From Ranitomeya imitator (lineage: Eukaryota): a stretch of DNA of 64,000 bases. Below the pieces are notes generated by a model that was given only the letters and a program-made list of their open reading frames with translations, searched no databases and was not told where the DNA came from. The DNA lies in the NCBI RefSeq assembly GCF_032444005.1, contig NC_091284.1:424266001-424330000 (forward strand), read 5' to 3'. This document shows, piece after piece, positions 55,054 to 64,000 of this stretch. The number at the start of each line of letters is the position of its first letter. Position 1 is the first letter of the stretch. A program made the translations under genes and the position numbers.

Positions 55054-55458
55054 TCACGGTGCTCCCTTCCTGCCAACTAATTAGCAGCTGTGGCAAGTGA
55101 TCAGTATCTGGCTAAAAAAAAAATTAAATCCCCATAAAATCGATGATTTTATTTTAATGATGAATCTTTAAAAATCCCCAAAAATAGAAAACATTTGTGC
55201 TCATCTTTAATGTGCCACCCTCCGCAGTCCGGCAGGACCACATATAGGGACAACCAGGGAGCATCGATCTCGATTTGTTCGTAGAGACGAATACTCATGA
55301 ATTGCAGTGTGGTTTTTAGCTTTTTCTTGTGTGTGCTGTTTTGGGGATTATTAAAAGATATTTCAATAAAATAACTTTTATGGAGACTTATTTTGATAAC
55401 CAGATTAATTATCCTCTATACACAATAGTTAGCCCAAGTTATTAATATGGGTACTTAC

Positions 55459-55684
55459 TAGTGAAGAGTGAACGTGCTCAGATAAGGCGTCATCCAAGCA
55501 TGCCATAACACATGCAGGAATTGCCTAACAGAACAGGGAATCTGCATGTGTGGCCGCTCTTGAACAACCGTGAGACATGCAGCCGCGGGGACCTGAACAG
55601 ATCATTCGAGCACGCAGAAGATGCTCGGTAAGAACATGAGCATTCTCGGATAACACCTTATCTGAGCATGTCCGCTCATCACTA
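55459..55684. mobile_element. hAT-type MITE
   Basis: TAGTGAAGAGTGAAC...CCGCTCATCACTA termini; the 8-bp duplication is not preserved. Confidence 0.55.
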
Positions 55685-55921
55685 GTAGCGATTACTTTAG
55701 AGATTCTTATTTTGCATAAAGGAAGGAAAAAAAATTGTATTTGTTGTCTAGAATTCACTCTGTAAAACAAATCCATCTAGGCGAGGCCTATAGCTTCACT
55801 AAAGAGGAAATGTAATTACTGATGCCATTTTATGCTTTGGACTTCCAAGCTGTATACTAGCACAACAAAGTTATTAAGAAGTATGTCAAAAACTAGTGGG
55901 TAATAAATAATTATGGTATTA

Positions 55922-56020
<99 letters not shown>

Positions 56021-56298
56021 CTAATACAAGCAAAGAAAAAAAGCAAAACCATGAGTGTTAATATAGATACCCGTGTAATTTAACCTCTTCACAATAAAAC
56101 CTTTCCTTGCAAACAAAAACCCGAACAAGCTATTCCCCGATTCCTTGCCGATAGGCTTGCAAGCAGCGGTACACCTAACCTTTCTGCTGCCAGGGTTAGA
56201 AAGCAGCACCAAACTGAAGCAAGAGAGAGTGAACAGCCAAGAAAAAAAATATACAGCTTTCAAAGAGAAATCTGCTCCACATAAGAGGATATCATAAT

Positions 56299-56303
<5 letters not shown>

Positions 56304-56381
<78 letters not shown>
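56304..56381. repeat. (TA)n microsatellite abutting a Tc1
   Basis: Direct reading. Confidence 0.97.
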
Positions 56382-56384
<3 letters not shown>

Positions 56385-57943
56385 TGGGGCAAAAAAGTAT
56401 TTAGTCAGTCAGCAATAGTGCAAGTTCCACCACTTAAAAAGATGAGAGGCGTCTGTAATTTACATCATAGGTAGACCTCAACTATGGGAGACAAACTGAG
56501 AAATAAAAATCCAGAAAATCACATTGTCTGTTTTTTTAACATTTTATTTGCATATTATGGTGGAAAATAAGTATTTGGTCAGAAACAAAATTTCATCTCA
56601 ATACTTTGTAATATATCCTTTGTTGGCAATGACAGAGGTCAAACGTTTTCTGTAAGTCTTCACAAGGTTGCCACACACTGTTGTTGGTATGTTGGCCCAT
56701 TCCTCCATGCAGATCTCCTCTAGAGCAGTGATGTTTTTGGCTTTTCGCTTGGCAACACGGACTTTCAACTCCCTCCAAAGGTTTTCTATAGGGTTGAGAT
56801 CTGGAGACTGGCTAGGCCACTCCAGGACCTTGAAATGCTTCTTACAAAGCCACTCCTTCGTTGCCCTGGCGGTGTGCTTTGGATCATTGTCATGTTGAAA
56901 GACCCAGCCACGTTTCATCTTCAATGCCCTTGCTGATGGAAGGAGGTTTGCACTCAAAATCTCATGATACATGGCCCCATTCATTCTTTCATGTACCCGG
57001 ATCAGTCGTCCTGGCCCCTTTGCAGAGAAACAGCCCCAAAGCATGATGTTTCCACCACCATGCTTTACAGTAGGTATGGTGTTTGATGGATGCAACTCAG
57101 TATTCTTTTTCCTCCAAACACGACAAGTTGTGTTTCTACCAAACAGTTCCAGTTTGGTTTCATCAGACCATAGGACATTCTCCCAAAACTCCTCTGGATC
57201 ATCCAAATGCTCTCTAGCAAACTTCAGACGGGCCCGGACATGTCTGGCACTGCAGGATCTGAGTCCATGGTGGCGTAGTGTGTTACTTATGGTAGGCCTT
57301 GTTACATTGGTCTCAGCTCTCTGCAGTTCATTCACTAGGTCCCCCCGCGTGGTTCTGGGATTTTTGCTCACCGTTCTTGTGATCATTCTGACCCCACGGG
57401 GTGGGATTTTGTGTGGAGCCCCAGTTCGAGGGAGATTATCAGTGGTCTTGTATGTCTTCCATTTTCTAATTATTGCTCCCACTGTTGATTTCTTCACTCC
57501 AAGCTGGTTGGCTATTGCAGATTCAGTCTTCCCAGCCTGGTGCAGGGCTACAATTTTGTTTCTGGTGTCCTTTGACAGCTCTTTGGTCTTCACCATAGTG
57601 GAGTTTGGAGTCAGACTGTTTCATGGGTGTGCACAGGTGTCTTTTTATACTGATAACAAGTTTAAACAGGTGCCATTATTACAGGTAATGAGTGGAGGAA
57701 AGAGGAGACTCTTAAAAAAGAAGTTACAGGTCTGTGAGAGCCAGAAATCTTGATTGTTTGTTTCTGACCAAATACTTATTTTCCACCATAATATGCAAAT
57801 AAAATGTTAAAAAAACAGACAATGTGATTTTCTGGATTTTTTTTTCTCAGTTTGTCTCCCATAGTTGAGGTCTACCTATGATGTAAATTACAGACGCCTC
57901 TCATCTTTTTAAGTGGTGGAACTTGCACTATTGCTGACTGACT
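56382..57943 (-). mobile_element. Young Tc1 transposon; its right TIR runs into the assembly gap
   Basis: TA|CAGTGGGGCAAAAAAGTATTTAG. The ~200-bp TIRs look near-identical by eye. Confidence 0.93.
56598..57596 (-). CDS. Tc1 DD34E transposase, open 332-aa ORF with a probable 8-aa linker deletion
   Basis: [16 protein letters not shown]..., WSDETK, QHDND-34 residues-E, ending KGYITKY; no internal stop. Confidence 0.88.
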   Translation of the reverse strand: MVKTKELSKDTRNKIVALHQAGKTESAIANQLGVKKSTVGAIIRKWKTYKTTDNLPRTGAPHKIPPRGVRMITRTVSKNPRTTRGDLVNELQRAETNVTRPTISNTLRHHGLRSCSARHVRARLKFAREHLDDPEEFWENVLWSDETKLELFGRNTTCRVWRKKNTELHPSNTIPTVKHGGGNIMLWGCFSAKGPGRLIRVHERMNGAMYHEILSANLLPSARALKMKRGWVFQHDNDPKHTARATKEWLCKKHFKVLEWPSQSPDLNPIENLWRELKVRVAKRKAKNITALEEICMEEWANIPTTVCGNLVKTYRKRLTSVIANKGYITKY

Positions 57944-58080
57944 NNNNNNNNNNNNNNNNNNNNNNNNNNNNNNNNNNNNNNNNNNNNNNNNNNNNNNNNN
58001 NNNNNNNNNNNNNNNNNNNNNNNNNNNNNNNNNNNNNNNNNNNNNNNNNNNNNNNNNNNNNNNNNNNNNNNNNNNNNNNN
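57944..58080. other. Assembly gap (137 N)
   Basis: N run. Confidence 1.
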
Positions 58081-58450
58081 ATTGGACACACCTTCTCAAC
58101 TAAACGCAGACCGATGGAATAGCATGCCGCTGCAAGATGCTCTGGTAGCCATGCTGGTTCAGTATGCCTTCAATTTTGAATAAATAAATTTGACAAAATT
58201 CTGAAGAAATTCTGAGTGCGACTGTTTATGCTTGGGATTATATCTTGGTGGAATACGTCCACGTTCAGTCAGCACCACCATAAAAAGCTAGAGTGCACGT
58301 CTTTCTCTTCTCTACAACCTGCGATTTCTGAGGCTGGTGACTCGGATAAACTTATCCTCAGAAGCAGAGGTGACTCTTGGTCTTCCTTTCCTGGGGCGGT
58401 CCTTATGTGAGCCAGTTTCTTTGTAGTGCTTGATGGTTTTTGCCACTGCA
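58081..58450 (-). mobile_element. Rearranged Tc1 fragments (family of 29674-31301)
   Basis: Matches segments at 30170-30260 and 30650-30780. Confidence 0.75.
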
Positions 58451-58469
58451 AATCCTTATTTTCCCCACT

Positions 58470-59505
58470 GTTCATACATACACACAGGGCCACCATCAGG
58501 GTATTACTGCTCTGACTGGTGTATGGAGTCCGATGACCAGAGGAGGCAGGGAAAAATACTTACACTCCTCAGTGAGAGAAATGCAGGGACCTTGCAGATC
58601 CTTCCATTTTCGTCAGTTTCCAGCACCGAATGAGTCAGGTTGGAAGGTGAGACCGAAGGTCTCCCAGGAGCGCTATCTTTAGACCAACAACTGCAGGACA
58701 CCCTTCTGAATCAGGGGTTAGAGTCAAGAGGCAAAAGGAAGGTCAATACTTGACGGGTGGCCCCCACTCAGGCATCCTTCTTTTTCAGGAATCATGGCTT
58801 GGGGTAATGCAGTCAACGATCTTTGGGTACGTGAGGTCATCTCTTCGCCTTACAGATTATAGTTCACCACTCTACCTCAGGACTGCTTCTTTTGCCCTCG
58901 CTCTCCCATGTCTCCCAGCACGAGAGTTAGTTTAAACCAGGCAATAGCTTCCCTGCTTCAGGGCGGTGTGATTGTAGGTGTTTCCATTTCAGAGCACTTC
59001 AGTGGATATTATTCAAACCTATTCATCATCCCCAAAAAGTACGGCTCGGTGTGGCCCATTTTATATTTAAGGCGCCTGAACAAATGGGTTTGGGTTCAGC
59101 GCTTCAAGATAGAGTCGCTCCGGTCAGTGGTCACATACATAGAAGCCAGGGAATTTCTTTCTTCGGTAGATATTTGGGACGCTTATCTGCATGTACCAAA
59201 TTTTTCTAGCCCATCAGCAATTTCTTCACTTTGCCGTCAATCAAGATCACTATCAGTTCAGGGCTCTCCCATTAGGACTGGCTACAGCGCCCAGGGTATT
59301 CACGAAGATCCTGACCCCAGTTATGGCACTGCTACAGCCCAGGGGGATAATTATTTTACCCTATCTGGATGATATTCTTGTCAAAGCACTATCCTTTGCT
59401 CAAAATCTAGTGGGCCTGCAGATGGATCTACAGACTCTGGGGCAATTTGGTTGGATTGTCAAAGACCAAGTCCATTTTGGTTCTGACACGGCTACGGTTT
59501 CTAGG
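58470..59505 (+). pseudogene. DIRS-type gag-end / reverse transcriptase fragment, frameshifted
   Basis: ORFs 58908-59372 (YYSNLFIIPKK...ESLRSV...DIWDAYLHVP) and 59191-59562 (YQFRALPLGLATAPRVFTK...PYLDDIL). Confidence 0.85.
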
Positions 59506-59877
59506 ATCGTGCGTGCGTGCGTGCGTATGCATATATGTGTGTGTGTGTGTCCACAACTATAATTTATTATTTTTTGGCGACGTTTTGCCAGAGGATCCAT
59601 ATCCCCATCAGGCATGAGTTTGACACCTGAGCTGTAATATTATTTTGCCCTGTACGAGATATTCATTCTCTTTAAATAACACATTTTTTGTAAGCATTAT
59701 GGAACTACTGTCATTTGACTAGAATGTGCCTTACCAATATTATATCACAGTCAGCTTTTTGTACACTTTCCCTGCAGTCACATACTCCTAGATTTAGCGT
59801 AAATTTTATTGTATCGAGTTATGCACTAAAGTTTTGCCATTATTAATTTTTCAAAATAGGATTGCCAAGGGTCTGTT

Positions 59878-60527
59878 TAGGGTTGAGCGAAACGGGTCAG
59901 CCATTTTCAGAAGTCGCCGACTTTTGGCAAAGTCGGGTTTCATGAAACCCGACCCCTGTGTGGGGTCGGCCATGAGGTCGGCGATCTTCTGAATCTGGTA
60001 TCGGAATTCCGATACCGAGTTCCGATATGTTTGCAATATCGGAAATCGGTATCGGGATCCATATTTAAGTGTAAAATAAAGAATTAAAATAAAAAATATT
60101 GCTATACTTACCCTCTGACACGCCCTGGTACTAACCGGAAGCCTTCCTTCCTTAGAATCAGCGCGTGAAGGACCTTAGATGACGTCGCGGCTTGTGATTG
60201 GTCGCGCGACCGCCCATGTGACCGCTCACGCGACCAATCACAAGCCGCGACGTCACCGAAGGTCATTCAAGCGCTGATTCTTAGGAAGGAAGGCTGCCGG
60301 AAAGAAGCAGGGCGCGTCCGAGGGTGAGTATATTCCTATTAGGTATAGTTTCTTCTCCTTGAGACCCTGGGAACCATAGTATCCCATTGCACTGCATTGG
60401 GTTTCGTGTTTCGGCCGACCCCGACTTTTCTATAGGATCGGCCGATTTCACTCGACCCGACTTTTGAGAAAGTCTGGTTTCTTGAAACCCGACCCGATCC
60501 TATAAAAGTAAAAGTCGCTCAACCCTA
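59878..60527. mobile_element. hAT-type MITE
   Basis: TAGGGTTGAGCGA...TCGCTCAACCCTA TIR with an internal palindrome. Confidence 0.75.
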
Positions 60528-61816
60528 GTGGTGGCCCCTACTGTTCCACAGTTATCCCCTATCTTTTGGATAAGTGACAAAAATTCGGAATCACTTTTTA
60601 ACCCCTTCATGACCCAGCCTATTTTGACCTTAAAGACCTTGCCGTTTTTTGCAATTCTGACCAGTGTCCCTTTATGAGGTAATAACTCAGGAACGCTTCA
60701 ACGGATCCTAGCGGTTCTGAGATTGTTTTTTCGTGACATATTGGGCTTCATGTTAGTGGTAAATTTAGGTCAATAAATTCTGCGTTTATTTGTGATAAAA
60801 ACGGAAATTTGGCGAAAATTTTGAAAATTTCGCAATTTTCACATTTTGAATTTTTATTCTGTTAAACCAGAGAGTTATGTGACACAAAATAGTTAATAAA
60901 TAACATTTCCCACACGTCTACTTTACATCAGCACAATTTTGGAAACAAAATTTTTTTTTGCTAGGAAGTTATAAGGGTTAAAATTTGACCAGCGATTTCT
61001 CATTTTTACAACACCATTTTTTTTAGGGACCACCTCACATTTGAAGTCAGTTTGAGGGGTCTATATGGCTGAAAATACCCAAAAGTGACACCATTCTAAA
61101 AACTGCACCCCTCAAGGTGCACAAAACCACATTCCAGAAGTTTATTAACCCTTCAGGTGCTTCACAGCAGCAGAAGCAACATGGAAGGAAAAAATGAACA
61201 TTTAACTTTTTAATCACAAAAATTATCTTTTAGCAACAATTTTTTTATTTTCCCAATGGTAAAAGGAGAAACTGAACCACGAAAGTTGTTGTCCAATTTG
61301 TCCTGAGTACGCTGATACCTCATATGTGGGGGTACACCACTGTTTGGAAGGGAAGGAGCGCCATTCGACTTTTTGAATGAAAAATTGGCTCCACTCTTTA
61401 GCGGACACCATGTCACGTTTGGAGAGCCCCCGTGTGCCTAAAAATTGGAGCTCCCCCACAAGTGACCCCATATTGGAAACTAGACGCCCCAAGGAACTTA
61501 TCTAGATGCATAGTGAGCACTTTAAACCCTCAGGTGCTTCACAAATTGATCTGTAAAAATGATGAAGTACTTTTTTTTTTTTCACAAAAAAATTCTTTTC
61601 GCCTCAATTTTTTCATTTTCACATGGGCAATAGGATAAAATGGATCCTAAAATTTGTTGGGCAATTTCTCCCGAGTACGCCGATACCTCATATGTGGGGG
61701 TAAACCACTGTTTGGGCCCACGGCAGGGCTCGGAATGGAAGGCGCGCCATTTGACTTTTTGAATGGAAAATTAGCTCCAATTGTTAGCGGACACCATGTC
61801 GCGTTTGGAGAGCCCC

Positions 61817-62014
61817 TGTGTGCCTAAACATTGGAGCTCCCCCACAAGTGACCCCATTTTGGAAACTAGACCCCCCAAGGAACTTGTGCCTAAACATTGG
61901 AGCTCCCCCACAAGTGACCCCATTTTGGAAACTAGACCCCCCAAGGAACTTGTGCCTAAACATTGGAGCTCCCCCACAAGTGACCCCATTTTGGAAACTA
62001 GACCCCCCAAGGAA
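61817..62014 (+). repeat. Near-perfect triplication of a 66-bp unit
   Basis: Visible as 22-aa repeats in the ORFs at 61771-62072 on both strands. Confidence 0.92.
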
Positions 62015-63159
62015 CTTATCTAGATGCATATTGAGCACTTTAAACCCCCAGGTGCTTCACAGAAGTTTATAACGCAGAGCCATGAAAATAAAAAATAATT
62101 TTTCTTTCCTCAAAAATGATTTTTTAGCCTGGAATTTCCTATTTTGCCAAGGGTAATAGGAGAAATTGGACCCCAAATGTTGTTGTCCAGTTTGTCCTGA
62201 GTACACTGATACCCCATATGTGGGGGTAAACCACTGTTTGGGCGCACGGCAGGGCTCGGAAGGGAAGGCACACCATTTGGCTTTTTAAATGGAAAATTAG
62301 CTCCAATCATTAGCGGACACCATGTCACGTTTGGAGAGCCCCTGTGTGCCTAAACATTGGAGATCCCCCACAAATGACCCAATTTTGGAAACTAGACCCC
62401 CAAAGGAACTAATCTAGATGTGTGGTGAGGACTTTGAACCCCCAAGTGCTTCACAGAAGTTTAAAACGCAGGGCCATGAAAATAAAAAAAAAAATTTATT
62501 TTCTCAAAAATGATTTTTAGCCTGCAATTTTTTATTTTCCCAAGGGTAACAGGAGAAATTTGACCCCAAAAGTTGTTGTCCAGTTTCTCCTGAGTACGCT
62601 GATACCCCATATGTGGGGGTAAACCACTGTTTGGGCACATGCCGGGGCTCGGAAGTAAAGTAGTGACGTTTTGAAATGCAGACTTTGATGGAAAGCTCTG
62701 CGGGCGTCACGTTGCGTTTGCAGAGCCCCTGGTGTGCCTAAACAGTAGAAACCCCCCACAAGTGACCCCATTTTAGAAACTAGACCCCCCAAGGAACTTA
62801 TCTAGATATGTGGTGAGCACTTTGAACCCCCAAGTGCTTCACAGACGTTTACAACGCAGAGCCGTGAAAATAAAAAATCATTTTTCTTTCCTCAAAAATG
62901 ATGTTTTAGCAAGCATTTTTTTTTATTTTTCACAAGGGTAACAGGAGAAATTGGACCCCAGTATTGTTGCGCAGTTTGTCCTGAGTATGCTGGTACCCCA
63001 TATGTGGGGGTAAACCACTGTTTGGGCACACGTCCGGGCTCGGAAGTGAGGGAGCACCATTTGACTTTTTGAATACAAGATTGGCTGGAATCAATGGTGG
63101 CGCCATGTTGCGTTTGGAGACCCCTGATGTGCCTAAACAGTGGAAACCCCTCAATTCTA

Positions 63160-63296
63160 CCTCCAACACTAACCCCAACACACCCCTAACCCTAATCCCA
63201 ACTGTAGCCATAAGCCTTATCACAACCCTGACCACAACCCTGACCCCAACACACCCCTAACCCTAACCACAACCCTAATTCCAACCCTAACCCTAA
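63160..63296. repeat. Degenerate (CCCTAA)n telomere-like tract; resumes at 63954-63985
   Basis: CCCTAACCCTAA units mixed with variants. Confidence 0.8.
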
Positions 63297-63616
63297 GGCA
63301 ATGTGCCCACGTTGCGGATTCGTGTGAGATTTTTCAGCATCATTTTTGAAAAATCCACGGGTAAAAGGCACTGCGTTTTACCTGCGGATTTACCGCAGAT
63401 TTCCAGCGTTTTTTGTGCGGATTTCACCTGTGGATTCCTATTGAGGAACAGGTGTAAAACGCTGCGGAATCCGCACAAAGAATTGGCATGCTGCGGAAAA
63501 TACAACGTAGCGTTTCCGCGCGGTATTTTCCGCACCATGGGCACAGCGGATTTAGTTTTCCATAGGTTTACATGGTAGTGTAACCGCAGCCAAATCCGCA
63601 CCGTGTGCACATAGCC
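63297..63616. mobile_element. Harbinger-type MITE inserted at the TAA of a CCCTAA unit
   Basis: TAA|GGCAATGTGCCCAC...GTGTGCACATAGCC|TAA. Confidence 0.8.
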
Positions 63617-63626
63617 TAATTCTAAA

Positions 63627-63953
63627 GGTATGTGCACACACTGCGGAAAACGCTGCGGATCCGCAGCAGTTTCCCATGAGTTTACAGTTCAATGTAAACC
63701 TATGGGAAACAAAAATCGCTGTACACATGCTGCAGAAAAACTGCACGGAAACGCAGCGGTTTACATTCCGCAGCATGTCACTTCTTTCTGCGGATTCCGC
63801 AGCGGTTTTACAACTGCTCCAATAGAAAATCGCAGTTGTAAAACCTCAGTGAAATGCGCAGAAAAACCGCGGTAAATCCGCCATAAATCCGTAGCGGTTT
63901 AGCACTGCGGATTTATCAAATCCGCAGAGGAACAGAATACGTGTGCACATACC
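63627..63953. mobile_element. Harbinger-type MITE
   Basis: GGTATGTGCACAC...GTGTGCACATACC perfect TIR. Confidence 0.75.
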
Positions 63954-64000
63954 GAAACCCTAACCCTAACCCTATTCTAACCTTAGTGGAAAAAAAAAAA

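Larger units (their letters stand above)
60602..64000. mobile_element. Large piggyBac-type non-autonomous element (runs off the window) with ~392-bp tandem units
   Basis: TTAA|CCCCTTCATGACC start. The motif GAGTACGC(T/C)GATACC(T/C)CATATGTGGGGGT recurs at ~61305, 61673, 62200, 62592 and 62983. Confidence 0.75.

Noticed and set aside
56971-57753. 260-aa plus-strand ORF
   Set aside because: It is the antisense shadow of the Tc1 transposase, as are the ORFs at 25989-26243, 42588-42842 and similar.
63160-63985. True telomere or chromosome-fusion scar
   Set aside because: Short, degenerate, single-orientation and internal to a transposon-like element.

Overview
Vertebrate intronic DNA, most likely from an anuran amphibian (inferred from the repeat families; not verified). 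The only host coding sequence I can support is three short minus-strand exons of BCAS3 (56020-55945, 54785-54679, 12761-12680). They are missing from the ORF track but splice in frame through GT-AG sites to [88 protein letters not shown]. The rest is BCAS3 intron, including one 41,917-bp intron, packed with nested mobile DNA: several Tc1/mariner copies (one with an open 332-aa DD34E ORF), an RT-less DIRS tyrosine-recombinase retroelement with intact ITR/ICR ends, a separate DIRS RT fragment, three Helitrons, CR1 and L2 fragments, solo-LTR-like elements, piggyBac-, Kolobok/T2-, hAT- and Harbinger-type MITEs, a 304-bp-arm hairpin insertion, minisatellites, (TA)n tracts and a 137-N assembly gap. 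I found no rRNA, tRNA or CRISPR array, and no convincingly new multi-gene system. The best leads are the gag-YR fusion DIRS, the hairpin insertion, a candidate 12-nt BCAS3 microexon and a candidate posterior-Hox enhancer. All coordinates were counted by eye, and family assignments are by recognition rather than database search.
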